Of a stretch of DNA of 32,000 nucleotides, positions 1-9,898 are shown in pieces. Numbering within the stretch: the first letter of the stretch is position 1; every line of letters starts with the position of its first letter. Made by a program: the position numbers and the translations under genes. Under the pieces are notes generated by a model. That model saw nothing but the letters and a program-made list of their open reading frames with translations, ran no database searches and was not told the origin of the DNA. The DNA comes from Formosa sp. Hel1_33_131. Its GTDB lineage: Bacteria > Bacteroidota > Bacteroidia > Flavobacteriales > Flavobacteriaceae. Location of the stretch: NCBI RefSeq assembly GCF_001735745.1, contig NZ_CP017260.1, forward strand, positions 1,200,001 to 1,232,000. Direction: 5' to 3'.

Positions 1-1467
1 GTGACTTAAATAGGCAGCTAAGGTTTGCCATTTTGAACCGTCTGGATAACGAGACGCAATCGCTTCTTTGGCGTTGGTATCGATGTTTGTTTTGTGTCCC
101 GTCGAGCCCACTCTATTGTATATATACTCTGTTCCGTAAGAGATGTTAGAGCTATTGGAAAGTGTTTTGTAAAAATCAAAGTTCAATGAAACTGCATCCA
201 CATTTTCTTCTCGAATTTTACGGGTATCAGAATCAAATCTTCTATTGATTCGACTCTCTTTAAAGTTTTGATAGGCAGCAGATATTTTAATTTTATCATA
301 CAAGCTAGAACCGCTACTTAGTTTTGTCATTTGTAAGTTGGCAAGAAACCAATCTTGAGGGCCATAATTCCATTCAGCATAGTGTAAAATACCATCCGAT
401 CCGTAGTTCGACAGTCGATCGTATCTTGGGTAATCGGAGGTGGTCGAATAATGAAGCCCTAGGTCGAATTTTAGATCGTCATTGGCTTTATAGAGCACTT
501 TTTGAGCAAGATGCATTTGACGGAAATTAGTAAATTTCTGAACTCTTGGGGTCGTATTGGAAACCATAATATCTTGCCCGTTCACATACTGAGCGTAATG
601 AAGGCTTAAGTAGTCATCAGGTCCATTGGCTCCCATCTTTAAATCTCCAAAATCAGAGACACTCACACTGCTGTGAAATCCCCATTTTTGAAATCCTAAG
701 TTGAAATCCAGATGAGCAGTTTTTTCATTATTTGCAGAGGCATATCGAACGGTGCTACGAGCGGTCAAATTTGGAGTAGTGGATTCGGATAGTTTTGGGG
801 TGGTGGTATAAAAATTCATGACCCCACCAATGGCATCACTTCCATAAATAACAGATCCAGACCCAAGAATAACTTCTGTTTTTTCAACATTAAAAGGATT
901 TATTGACAATACATTTTGAACATTTCCACCTCTAAAAATGGCATTATTCAGACGCACTCCATCTATCGTGATTAGAAGTCGGTTTGTAGAAAACCCACGA
1001 ATCATTGGACTCCCACCGCCTAATTGACTTTTTTGTACAAAAACACGTCCGCTATTGCTTAGTAAATCGGCACTCGTTTGTGGATTGGATAATTGAACAT
1101 CTTTGGAGTTGATGCTAATAATATTTTGGGGAACTTCTTTTTTGTTTTGTTCAAATTTAGAGGCCGATATCACAACCTCGTTTAAACTTGTTGCTTTTGG
1201 AGACAAAAAAACAGTGTCTTGAATGGACGGTTTAAGAATTGAAAGATTATGATAGGAAAGGTGTTGAAAATAAATTTTATCAAACTCACTAAATGCATCC
1301 AAATTAACATGCCCATCAAAATCGGTAATTGCTGTTTTGGTTTTAAGGTTGTTAAAAACCGCAACCCCTGGGATGGGTTGGTCATCGGATTCATCGACCA
1401 CAACAGTTTGCTGAGCAGAGGTACTCAATATAAAAAAAGAGAAAATAGAAAGTAAAAAACGATTCAT
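1..1467 (-). CDS. TonB-dependent receptor, N-terminal part (C-terminus lies beyond window start)
   Basis: Missed by the ORF track because there is no stop in the window. My minus-strand translation from ATG at 1467-1465 is open to position 1: MNRFLLSIFSFFILSTSAQQ (signal peptide), a carboxypeptidase-regulatory-like stretch, then a plug region (NEVVISASKFEQ...GGGSPMIRGFSTNRLLITIDGVRLNNAIFRGGN...EVILGSGSVIYGSDAIGGVMNF). The short track ORFs 324-530, 1182-1403 and 1249-1455 lie inside it in other frames. Confidence 0.8.
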   Translation of the reverse strand, partial: MNRFLLSIFSFFILSTSAQQTVVVDESDDQPIPGVAVFNNLKTKTAITDFDGHVNLDAFSEFDKIYFQHLSYHNLSILKPSIQDTVFLSPKATSLNEVVISASKFEQNKKEVPQNIISINSKDVQLSNPQTSADLLSNSGRVFVQKSQLGGGSPMIRGFSTNRLLITIDGVRLNNAIFRGGNVQNVLSINPFNVEKTEVILGSGSVIYGSDAIGGVMNFYTTTPKLSESTTPNLTARSTVRYASANNEKTAHLDFNLGFQKWGFHSSVSVSDFGDLKMGANGPDDYLSLHYAQYVNGQDIMVSNTTPRVQKFTNFRQMHLAQKVLYKANDDLKFDLGLHYSTTSDYPRYDRLSNYGSDGILHYAEWNYGPQDWFLANLQMTKLSSGSSLYDKIKISAAYQNFKESRINRRFDSDTRKIREENVDAVSLNFDFYKTLSNSSNISYGTEYIYNRVGSTGHKTNIDTNAKEAIASRYPDGSKWQTLAAYLSH

Positions 1468-1468
1468 C

Positions 1469-2185
1469 TTAACTGTAAACTTGATTTAAAACGGTTAACG
1501 ATCGGGGGTGCTTAAAGGCGTGTAAATGTAATTTAAAATAGTCTAAAATCATATTAAGTAACTCATGCTTTTGTGAGGAATTTAGCTCCTGAGTCATTGT
1601 AGTATCAAATTTTGTGCCCAAAAAAGGTTTTAGCAGTTTTAATTTTGAACCCGTAACACAATGTGCTCCATTTTGGAGTTGAAAATTACCGTTTTCTAAA
1701 TTAAAATAAGGAAGAGATTCATTGGTTGTATCAGGGTTAATTCCTAAAAATTTTGTCAGACCCATTAAAAATTGTTGGTGAAATGTTCCTGTTTTTTCTA
1801 CGGTATCAAACCACAATAAAGTTGTTTCAAGATATTCAAAAAGAGGAGGATTTGCTTCTTCTTCATTTAAAATCATGGACAAAATTTCAGCTAAAAATAA
1901 TAAAACAGTCGATTTAAAAACATTGGTGTGCAGAGATTCGTAGGGTTTGTACAATCGGACTTCTTTAAAATAATGCAAGCTGCGATTGTCTTTGTGTTCC
2001 GCCTCAATATCGAGTAACGTGAGCAGTTGAAAATAGGCGGGTTTTAGTTTCCCTTTTTTAGATTTAAGTGCGTTTTTAATCACATAACTTTTCACCCCAA
2101 AAGATGCTGTATAGCATTTGACAATAAGGTCGTTGTCGTTATATTTAATCTTTGAGATGACAATTGCTTTTGTTGAGACCACCAT
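1469..2185 (-). CDS. recO: DNA repair protein RecO
   Basis: 238 aa. The N-terminal OB-fold pattern (TKAIVISKIKYNDNDLIVKCYTASFGVKSYV...) and the length are typical of flavobacterial RecO. Confidence 0.8.
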   Translation of the reverse strand: MVVSTKAIVISKIKYNDNDLIVKCYTASFGVKSYVIKNALKSKKGKLKPAYFQLLTLLDIEAEHKDNRSLHYFKEVRLYKPYESLHTNVFKSTVLLFLAEILSMILNEEEANPPLFEYLETTLLWFDTVEKTGTFHQQFLMGLTKFLGINPDTTNESLPYFNLENGNFQLQNGAHCVTGSKLKLLKPFLGTKFDTTMTQELNSSQKHELLNMILDYFKLHLHAFKHPRSLTVLNQVYS

Positions 2186-4548
2186 TAACGTATGATCATT
2201 ATTTTTGAAACGTTCGTTTCAAGTGTATCAAAATCAGAAAAAAGCACTAAATATACTCCTGAAGCGACTGTATTATTTGCTAAATTTTTACCATTCCAAT
2301 AGGCGGTTCCGCCATCAATTTCTAAGTTGTAATTTTTATACCTTAAATTAACATTGGATTGTGCTTCGGCAACCAAATTACCTTCAATATCTGTTATTTT
2401 AATGTTGACATTATCACTTATATTTTTAATTTTAATTTTATCCTCTGCCATATTAAATCCAGGCCTTACAGGGTTCGGGTAGACATATACATCTTCGAGT
2501 GATTCTGCAGTACTTGAGCCGCCCGTAGTAAAAGCAACCAAGCCACGAGTGGTTCCAAAATAGACAATCCCATTTTCGGAATCTAACGCCATGGCATTTA
2601 CTCCATTTGACGGTAGTGGAGAGTTGTCTTTGGTGAAATGATGAATGGTTTTTTGCCCATCTGAAGACACGTAAAATACCCCCGCATCTGCTGTGGAAAT
2701 CCATTTATTGTTAGATCCATCCACGATGATATCTGAGATAAACTGTTGTGCTAATAGTTCTTGTGGAAGGCCGTCTTCAAGGATAATAATAGGTTCCGTT
2801 CTCACAACTTCTTCACTGAAAAAATTGGAAGTATTATACAGAACTCTGAGTCCTCTATAAGTGCCAATCCAGAGTACATTGTTTTTATCTAGAGCTAACG
2901 CTTTTACTGCGGCTGAAGGAAGGTTGGCAACATCTTTGTCGTTTATGTTTTTTAATAACATTCCATCTTCATTGAAACCAATCAAACCAGATTTATAACC
3001 TCCAATCCATTTGGTTCCATCAGATCCAATAGCAATATCGCTAAAGCCAAGTTCATTTCCTGAAGGGTCTGGTATGATTGGCGTAAAATCATAAGAAGTC
3101 CATTGATTCGTACTTGGATTAAGTTTTTTGAGAGGATTTTTTACTTTAGAGTTTAGTACCCACAAATTAGCTTCATTATCAAAAGAAGATCCTGAAATAC
3201 GAATGGTAATATAATTGGGGTTCGGTTCATATATTTGAGACTCTAACCCACTGTTTGCTGGATTTAAAAGTTCTATAGAGTCCTCCGATTTAATACTCAA
3301 CAAACCGCTATGAAAAGAGCTTATGAATACTTGACTTGGATCTAATGGATTTATAGCGATTTCATTTAGGTTGTAAACATCCGATTGAATTGTATTTTGA
3401 ATACTGTCATATCTAATATTTTCCCATTCAGTATTGTATAAACGGCTAACTCCTCTTTTCTGTAATGGGCTTGGGTTAAAGAATATTGTGTAGGCTCCAA
3501 AACTAACCCATAAATTATTATATCCGTATTCTAAAGAAAACACACTGTTTAAAAGTGGTCCTTGTGGGTGAATTTCTTCATATTCAGATGTTGATGTGGT
3601 CTTAGATCTTAGAACCCCAAAGTCAGTAGTTCCAATATAAATGACGTTATCAATTGTAAGAGCACTTGTAAAACTAGTTTGAAATTCAGGGTTGGTCGTA
3701 TAAGTGTCTATTATATTGAACCCAGTCGCATACTGATACAGTTTAGAGGGTGTTGTAACTAACAGGCTGTTATCTGACACTTTTAGGTCTGCAACAGATT
3801 GGGGATAAACAAATAAAGGATTCAAACTTGTTCCAACTATCTCAAAAATTCTATTACTAGAGTTCACTGTGTAAAGTTGACTGCCAAAGGCTGCCACGTT
3901 CGTGAAATTACCAGTAATCAGAGTTGTCCAAAATTGGAAATCTATTAAATTTGGATTGGATAAGCTCGCTTTTTTTATACCCATATTAGAACTACAGGCA
4001 GCATAAATTTCGTTATTAAAAATCGTGGTTTGATTGACTTTAACTTGACTCCCATTTGTACCAATATAATACGTATCCCCAAACTCTAAATCGGCTAAGT
4101 TATAAACTGAAATACCATAGTCTGTTGCAATATAAACAACCTCATCAATTTCATTAAAATGGTTAATTTTTTTTTGTGACGGTGGAATTGTTGTTTTGTT
4201 TATGATGTCAATAACTTTAAGCAATTCCTGATCGCTTTCTTTATAAACCTCAATTAAGCCGTTTTCATACCCAATTAATAATAGTTCGTATTGAGTGCTG
4301 TAATATATGGTTGAAATTAATTCCCCCGATAGCCCATTGATAGTTGTAATGGTACTAAGTTGATTACTAAGTGGGTCGTAGGAAAAAATTGCATTTTCAG
4401 AGGCTGCATAGAATTTAGTGTCTCCATAAACGACTTCTTTAATATCTAAATATGAGAAATGTCCAACCCAAGAAGTGTCATAGTTTTGACTCCAAGATGA
4501 TGGGACAAAAGCAAGAAGAAAAGTAATTATAAAAAAATATGTTTTCAC
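2185..4548 (-). CDS. PorZ-like two-propeller protein with T9SS C-terminal sorting domain
   Basis: 787 aa. Signal peptide (MKTYFFIITFLLAFVPSSWSQ), repeated beta-propeller-like segments along the whole length, and a C-terminal T9SS-type domain (VYVYPNPVRPG...GVYLVLFSD...SKIMIIR). The CDS itself is solid; the PorZ assignment is by architecture only. Confidence 0.6.
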   Translation of the reverse strand: MKTYFFIITFLLAFVPSSWSQNYDTSWVGHFSYLDIKEVVYGDTKFYAASENAIFSYDPLSNQLSTITTINGLSGELISTIYYSTQYELLLIGYENGLIEVYKESDQELLKVIDIINKTTIPPSQKKINHFNEIDEVVYIATDYGISVYNLADLEFGDTYYIGTNGSQVKVNQTTIFNNEIYAACSSNMGIKKASLSNPNLIDFQFWTTLITGNFTNVAAFGSQLYTVNSSNRIFEIVGTSLNPLFVYPQSVADLKVSDNSLLVTTPSKLYQYATGFNIIDTYTTNPEFQTSFTSALTIDNVIYIGTTDFGVLRSKTTSTSEYEEIHPQGPLLNSVFSLEYGYNNLWVSFGAYTIFFNPSPLQKRGVSRLYNTEWENIRYDSIQNTIQSDVYNLNEIAINPLDPSQVFISSFHSGLLSIKSEDSIELLNPANSGLESQIYEPNPNYITIRISGSSFDNEANLWVLNSKVKNPLKKLNPSTNQWTSYDFTPIIPDPSGNELGFSDIAIGSDGTKWIGGYKSGLIGFNEDGMLLKNINDKDVANLPSAAVKALALDKNNVLWIGTYRGLRVLYNTSNFFSEEVVRTEPIIILEDGLPQELLAQQFISDIIVDGSNNKWISTADAGVFYVSSDGQKTIHHFTKDNSPLPSNGVNAMALDSENGIVYFGTTRGLVAFTTGGSSTAESLEDVYVYPNPVRPGFNMAEDKIKIKNISDNVNIKITDIEGNLVAEAQSNVNLRYKNYNLEIDGGTAYWNGKNLANNTVASGVYLVLFSDFDTLETNVSKIMIIR

Positions 4549-4612
4549 GACTTGTTAATTAAACTCAAATATATTTATTACAAACGAGAAATGAACTCAT
4601 TATTGTACATAA

Positions 4613-4646
4613 ACAAAAAAAGCTTTCAAATCAATGAAAGCTTTTT
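4613..4646 (-). terminator. Rho-independent terminator downstream of gdhA
   Basis: Perfect 8-bp stem agctttca/tgaaagct (4621-4628 / 4635-4642). On the minus strand it is followed by a T-run (complement of caaaaaaaa at 4612-4620). Confidence 0.55.
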
Positions 4647-4666
4647 GAGCGTAGGTCTGGTAGTTA

Positions 4667-6013
4667 TTACACCACGCCTTGTGCGAGCATTGCGTCAGCT
4701 ACTTTTACAAAGCCTGCAATATTGGCGCCTTTAACATAATCTATATACCCTGTTTTTTCGTCTTTTCCATATTCGATACACGCATCATGAATATTAGACA
4801 TGATGTCTTTTAGCTTTTCATCCACTTCGGCTCTTGACCAGTTGTAGCGTAAAGAGTTTTGTGTCATTTCAAGTCCAGAAGTGGCGACACCCCCTGCATT
4901 GGATGCTTTTCCTGGTGCAAATAAAATCTTTGCTTCATGAAATTTAGTAATTGCAGCTTTTGTCGAAGGCATATTGGCTCCTTCACTCACACAAATACAA
5001 CCATTTTTCAACAACATGTCGGCATCATTTTCATTTAACTCATTTTGAGTTGCGCATGGCAACGCAATGTCACATTTAACTTCCCAAGGCGTTTTGTTGG
5101 CCACAAAGGTCGCTTTTGGATAGGTCTTAACATATTCACTTATACGTGCTCTTTTGACGTTTTTAAGTGTCATTACAAATGTAAGTTTGTCGGGATCAAT
5201 ACCCTCATGATCTACAATGTAACCAGAAGAATCTGATAACGTGATCACTTTTCCTCCTAAATGAATTGTTTTTTCTGCAGCGTATTGCGCTACATTTCCA
5301 GATCCAGAAATTACGACAGTTTTTCCTTTAAAACTGTCCCCTTTCGTCTGCAACATCTTATCTGCAAAATAGACGGTTCCATATCCGGTAGCTTCAGGAC
5401 GGATGAGCGAGCCTCCCCATGTCATTCCTTTTCCAGTAAGCACTCCGGTAAATTCGTTTCTAAGTTTTTTATACATTCCAAAAAGGAATCCTATTTCGCG
5501 TCCTCCTACTCCTATATCGCCTGCGGGGATATCGGTGTTAGAGCCAATATGACGAAACAATTCGCTCATAAAAGCATGGCAAAATCGCATGATTTCATTA
5601 TCACTTTTTCCTTTAGGGTCAAAATCGCTTCCCCCTTTTCCACCGCCCATTGGCAGGGTGGTTAAACTATTTTTAAAAACTTGCTCAAAAGCTAAGAATT
5701 TCAAAATGCTCATAGTAACCGATGGGTGAAATCGAAGTCCTCCTTTGTAAGGGCCGATCGCAGAATTCATTTGAACACGGTACCCACGATTTACCTGAAT
5801 TTCTCCTTTATCATCTACCCAGTTAACTCTAAAAGTAATAGCGCGTTCGGGTTCCACCATTCTTAAAAGAATGTTTTTGCCGTGATAAATATCGTGTTGA
5901 ACGATATAAGGCAGAACAGTTTCTGCAACCTCTTCTACGGCTTGAATAAATTCAGCTTCGTGGCCATTTCGTTCTTTAACTAAATCTAAAAAACCTTTAA
6001 TTATTTCTTCCAT
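4667..6013 (-). CDS. gdhA: NADP-specific glutamate dehydrogenase
   Basis: 448 aa with the classic Glu/Leu/Phe/Val dehydrogenase motif LPMGGGKGGSDFDPKGKSDNEIMRFC and a Rossmann GSGNVAQYAAEK. Confidence 0.95.
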   Translation of the reverse strand: MEEIIKGFLDLVKERNGHEAEFIQAVEEVAETVLPYIVQHDIYHGKNILLRMVEPERAITFRVNWVDDKGEIQVNRGYRVQMNSAIGPYKGGLRFHPSVTMSILKFLAFEQVFKNSLTTLPMGGGKGGSDFDPKGKSDNEIMRFCHAFMSELFRHIGSNTDIPAGDIGVGGREIGFLFGMYKKLRNEFTGVLTGKGMTWGGSLIRPEATGYGTVYFADKMLQTKGDSFKGKTVVISGSGNVAQYAAEKTIHLGGKVITLSDSSGYIVDHEGIDPDKLTFVMTLKNVKRARISEYVKTYPKATFVANKTPWEVKCDIALPCATQNELNENDADMLLKNGCICVSEGANMPSTKAAITKFHEAKILFAPGKASNAGGVATSGLEMTQNSLRYNWSRAEVDEKLKDIMSNIHDACIEYGKDEKTGYIDYVKGANIAGFVKVADAMLAQGVV

Positions 6014-6179
6014 ATCAAAATGTTTGGGGTGTTAAAATTTAAATATTATACGGTACAAATATATAATATCTTTAAAAATAATGGTCTATTTTTTTGTATA
6101 TGATAATTACGATGAGATAATTAAGATATGAATTCGGAATATGATGTTTTAATGGGGATTATTTAATGAAATATATAAT

Positions 6180-6284
6180 TCATTGCATAAAATGCTGATT
6201 TAAGGCCTGTTTCAAATCCTCCATTAAGTCCTCAGTATCCTCAATTCCAAGACTTAATCGGATTATCGAATCTACAACGCTTGT
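6180..6284 (-). pseudogene. Relic of the 3' end of a Cys/Met-metabolism PLP-dependent enzyme (MetB/MetC/MetY-like)
   Basis: Minus-strand translation ending at the stop at 6182-6180 reads TSVVDSIIRLSLGIEDTEDLMEDLKQALNQHFMQ*. This matches the conserved C-terminal (I/V)RLS(V/L)GIED.EDL..DL.QAL motif of that family. The frame is closed by a stop just upstream, so only about 34 codons survive. Confidence 0.45.
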
Positions 6285-6360
6285 TTATTTCGATCACCAA
6301 CGACGTTCATTTAATCATTTCCTTGGGCATCAAAACTTCGATATGGAAGTTTTATAAAAT

Positions 6361-6816
6361 TTATAAGCTATTTTTCATTGCTAAGATGTATCCAAGATGG
6401 ATCCCTTCATGAAATGTATTAAAACTGATCGCTTCCTCAACAGTCGAAAGCGTGACATTTAAAGAAGTCGTATAGGGCATGTAATTTTTAAAAAAATCAT
6501 TTTCGTAATCAATTTTGGTTTGCTCAACAGTCGAAAACAAAAGGGTTTTTATTTCCGCCAACTCTGTTTCTGTGGCTTCGTGGACGGTTTTAGTGTCTTT
6601 CCTGTAGGTTTTCACCAATTCAGAATCTACTAAAAAAGGTTGATTGGACAGCCCATAAACCAGCAATTGCTGTGTTACAATAGTGTGAGCAACGTTCCAA
6701 AAAATGGAATTTCGATACCCTTTAGGAACGGTATTGAGTTGAGCTAAAGAAAAATTTTCAATAAGTTTCAAGAGAAGTGTTCTGTTTTGCAGTGTAACGT
6801 TGTGATTCCAGTCCAT
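6361..6816 (-). CDS. DinB-family (DinB_2 / YfiT-like) protein
   Basis: 151 aa with conserved His positions in helix-bundle context (WNVAHTIVTQQ ... FHEGIHLGYILAM). Confidence 0.65.
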   Translation of the reverse strand: MDWNHNVTLQNRTLLLKLIENFSLAQLNTVPKGYRNSIFWNVAHTIVTQQLLVYGLSNQPFLVDSELVKTYRKDTKTVHEATETELAEIKTLLFSTVEQTKIDYENDFFKNYMPYTTSLNVTLSTVEEAISFNTFHEGIHLGYILAMKNSL

Positions 6817-6884
6817 AATATTTAAAGTTTATTTAGTTCTTTGTAAAGAAATGATTTTCTTTGTAAAAATAAGAAAAGAATCTC

Positions 6885-7244
6885 ATGAAAAAATTCTATT
6901 TTTTGAATAGCTGTAATACGTGTCAACGAATTTTAAATCACTTGGAGTTAGGGGCAGATTTTGAACTACAAGACATCAAGAAAACTCCGATGACGGCTGA
7001 GGAACTAGAACACTTAAAAACTTTGTCAGGCAGCTATGAGGCTCTATTTAGTAAGCGTGCTAAACTTTACAAAGAGTTAGGTTTAAAAGAAAAAGCTCTC
7101 CAAGAGGAAGATTATAAAAATTATATTTTAAAACATTATACGTTCCTAAAAAGACCCGTGCTCGTTTTAGATGATCAACTGTTTGTTGGAAATAGCTCTA
7201 AGGTCATCAACTCCGCAATAACGGCACTCTTGAATGAAAAATAA
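6885..7244 (+). CDS. ArsC/Spx-family thioredoxin-fold protein
   Basis: 119 aa. N-terminal FYFLNSCNTCQRIL and C-terminal LKRPVLVLDDQLFVG are typical of the ArsC/Spx/YffB family. Confidence 0.65.
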   Translation: MKKFYFLNSCNTCQRILNHLELGADFELQDIKKTPMTAEELEHLKTLSGSYEALFSKRAKLYKELGLKEKALQEEDYKNYILKHYTFLKRPVLVLDDQLFVGNSSKVINSAITALLNEK

Positions 7245-8133
7245 TACGTTTGCGCTCTTTGCGCTTATATTGGTGCAGCTTTTTTATGGCGTCACTTTTA
7301 CCTTTGCCAACGATGTCATCGATGGTGGCTACATGCAGCCCTTCGGCTTTATATTGTTTAGAGTCTCTCTTGCAGCCGTTCTATTTTGGGTGTTTAGTAT
7401 TTGGGCGCCTAAAGAAAAAATTGATCGAGCAGATTATCCTAAATTCATGCTTGCTGCCTTTTTTGGTGTGGCACTTAACATGCTTGCGTTTTTTAAAGGA
7501 CTGCAATTCACCACCCCTATTAATGGGTCTGTGATTATGGTCACCACCCCTATTATCGTCTTGGTATTATCCGCTATTATTTTAGGAGAAAAAATCACAA
7601 AGATTAAAGTTTTGGGGATTTTTGCTGGGCTTTCAGGCGCCTTAATTTTAAGTATTTACAACCGTTCGTCCAGTTCTGGAGACAATGTTTTATTAGGTAA
7701 TTTATTAGTACTTGTCAATGCAGCATCCTATAGTTATTACTTGATTTTGATAAAAAAATTAACCAACAAATACCATCCGTACACCTTTATTAAATGGTTG
7801 TTTTTGTTTGGAACTTTCTTTGTACTTCCTTTTGGCTACAACGAACTTGCCGCAGTTAACTGGGGTAGCTTCACGCCTTACATTTGGTTTTCAATCTTAT
7901 TCGTAGTGGTTTGCGCAACCTTTGCCACCTACTTATTGAACCCGCTCGCCTTGCGGAAATTGAGTGCCACAACAGTAAGTACGTTTGTATATATACAGCC
8001 TATTTTTGCAGGGGTTTTTGCGATTATAATGGGGAGTGATAGTTTAAACACTGTTAAGGTAGTGGCGGCAGCTTTAATATTTTTAGGTGTATATTTGGTT
8101 TCTAAAAATCCGAACCTTCAAGCGACTAAATGA
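7234..8133 (+). CDS. EamA/DMT-family transporter
   Basis: 299 aa with about 10 hydrophobic spans arranged as two EamA-like halves. Confidence 0.75.
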   Translation: MKNNTFALFALILVQLFYGVTFTFANDVIDGGYMQPFGFILFRVSLAAVLFWVFSIWAPKEKIDRADYPKFMLAAFFGVALNMLAFFKGLQFTTPINGSVIMVTTPIIVLVLSAIILGEKITKIKVLGIFAGLSGALILSIYNRSSSSGDNVLLGNLLVLVNAASYSYYLILIKKLTNKYHPYTFIKWLFLFGTFFVLPFGYNELAAVNWGSFTPYIWFSILFVVVCATFATYLLNPLALRKLSATTVSTFVYIQPIFAGVFAIIMGSDSLNTVKVVAAALIFLGVYLVSKNPNLQATK

Positions 8134-9269
8134 GTTCTTTCATCACCTCTTTATACCCTTCTGTTGACCTTATAGACCCTGTTGTTTTTAAAGAAGTGAA
8201 TGCTGATCAAAACGTCTATTTTTCAAAATCATTCTTAAAAGCTTTTGAAATTTCAAACCCCCAAATTGAGTTCAAATACATTTCTGTTTCTGATGCCGAA
8301 AAAAATACAGTAGCCCTTGGACTTGTTCAAGTGATCAACTTAAGTGTTGAAGGGACGTTAAAAAACATTAAAGTAGCACCCTTTGTTCGAAAATTCCTAG
8401 GTCTATTCTTCTGTAACGAACATATAAAAATAATGTTTTGTGGAAATGTATTTCTAAGTGGTGAGCATGGAATTAGCAGTTCCAATCGAATTTCTAAAGA
8501 GGAGATCATGACTCAAATCGGCACTGCTTTAGATGCCGTTGCGGCCAATACAAAACCGCTTCATGCCATTTTTATAAAAGATTTTAAGGCTAAATCCCTG
8601 AAAGCTACACGTCAATTTTTAAATTTTGGGTATAGCGAAATCAAAGTGGAGCCCAATATGATCATTCAACTGCAGCCACAGTGGAAGTCTTTTGAAAATT
8701 ATAAAAACATATTAAAATCAAAATACAGAGTAAAAGCGAATAAGGCCGACTCAAAAAGTAGTGCTTTAGAAACCCGTTTGTTTACAGAGCATGACTTTGA
8801 AACTTATAAAGATGAGCTGCAAGCTTTGTATCAAAACACCATTGCCAATGCCAGTTTTAACGCACAAGTATTAAACCTAAATACATACATCCATTTGCGG
8901 GCTACATTGAAGGATGATTTCATCGTGAAGGCGTATTTTTTAGACCACAAACTCGTTGGGTTTTTGACAGCCCTTGTCAATAAAAATGCGTTGGACGCCC
9001 ATTTTATTGGATTGGATTATGATTTAAATAAATCACACGCCATCTATCCTCGTATTTTAAATGATTATGTACGTCTTGGTATTGAAAAACAAGTGTCTTC
9101 TATCAATTTAGGCCGAACCGCCTCCGAAATAAAAACCACGATTGGTGCCAATCCTTTGGAATTGAGTTGTTATATAAAGCATAAAAACCCTTTTTTAAAC
9201 TCCTTAATAAAACCCTTTTTTAGACGCATTAAAATCAAAGATTTCAAGCAACATTCTCCTTTTAAATAG
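8130..9269 (+). CDS. Hypothetical protein, possibly GNAT/FemAB-like (BioF2-like) acyltransferase fold
   Basis: 379 aa, start overlaps the upstream stop by 4 nt. The C-terminal half (VGFLTALVNKNALDAHFIGLDYD...IYPRILNDYVRLGIE...INLGRTASEIKTTIGA) resembles GNAT-type domains. The function call is weak. Confidence 0.4.
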   Translation: MSSFITSLYPSVDLIDPVVFKEVNADQNVYFSKSFLKAFEISNPQIEFKYISVSDAEKNTVALGLVQVINLSVEGTLKNIKVAPFVRKFLGLFFCNEHIKIMFCGNVFLSGEHGISSSNRISKEEIMTQIGTALDAVAANTKPLHAIFIKDFKAKSLKATRQFLNFGYSEIKVEPNMIIQLQPQWKSFENYKNILKSKYRVKANKADSKSSALETRLFTEHDFETYKDELQALYQNTIANASFNAQVLNLNTYIHLRATLKDDFIVKAYFLDHKLVGFLTALVNKNALDAHFIGLDYDLNKSHAIYPRILNDYVRLGIEKQVSSINLGRTASEIKTTIGANPLELSCYIKHKNPFLNSLIKPFFRRIKIKDFKQHSPFK

Positions 9270-9311
9270 AAAAAAAGACCGAAGCCTTTTTTTCTATTTA
9301 TTGTTAAAAAT

Positions 9312-9755
9312 TTACACTGGCCAACCATTGAGCGCACCGCCCATAAGTGCTAAAGAAACAATCCAATAAAATACATTTATAAAGATGTATTTAGCCGATT
9401 TCATTTCAAATATGGCATTGGTGGCTAGGACTGGAAGTGCCACAAAAATTCCTAGAAACGCTCCGTGCGCAGCACCGTGTTTAAACGTCATAAATAGTTC
9501 TTGACCGTGCCGCATCTCATCGGGACCGCCTATCAAAACGTTTATGTATAAGTAAAAAGAAAGAATTACCGATAAAAGGACGGCTACAATATAAGCCTTT
9601 GCAGGTGACATGGTTTTAATTTTGGCTTCTGTAATTCCTGTGGCGTGCATCCAAGCTGTTCCAAATACTTTGGGGTGGTACCAGATGGCTCCGATAATTA
9701 AAGGGATCAACGCTGACACAAGTATTGCCAACCAATTCATTGAAAAATTTTCCAT
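9312..9755 (-). CDS. DUF1761-like small membrane protein
   Basis: I prefer the start MENFSMNWLAILVSALIPLIIGAIWYHPKVFG (ATG at 9755-9753) to the longer track ORF. Four hydrophobic spans. Confidence 0.55.
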   Translation of the reverse strand: MENFSMNWLAILVSALIPLIIGAIWYHPKVFGTAWMHATGITEAKIKTMSPAKAYIVAVLLSVILSFYLYINVLIGGPDEMRHGQELFMTFKHGAAHGAFLGIFVALPVLATNAIFEMKSAKYIFINVFYWIVSLALMGGALNGWPV

Positions 9756-9898
9756 AATAGTTAGGTTTAGAGTTAGTTGAACACAATATACAAATAATTT
9801 AAAAAACACGTATCCGCACTGCGTAGAAGAGTTGAAATTCTCCTTGGGTATACTTATTGGTTTTCAGTATCTTTGAAAAAAGTTTTTAATACCAAAGA

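Noticed and set aside
2453-5665. Short ORFs nested in the PorZ-like gene and gdhA (2453-2704, 5045-5236, 5261-5665), and similar ones in the EamA, YicC, gmk, dusB, LolE-like and rbfA genes
   Set aside because: They lie in alternative frames or antisense to strongly supported genes, with no independent evidence.
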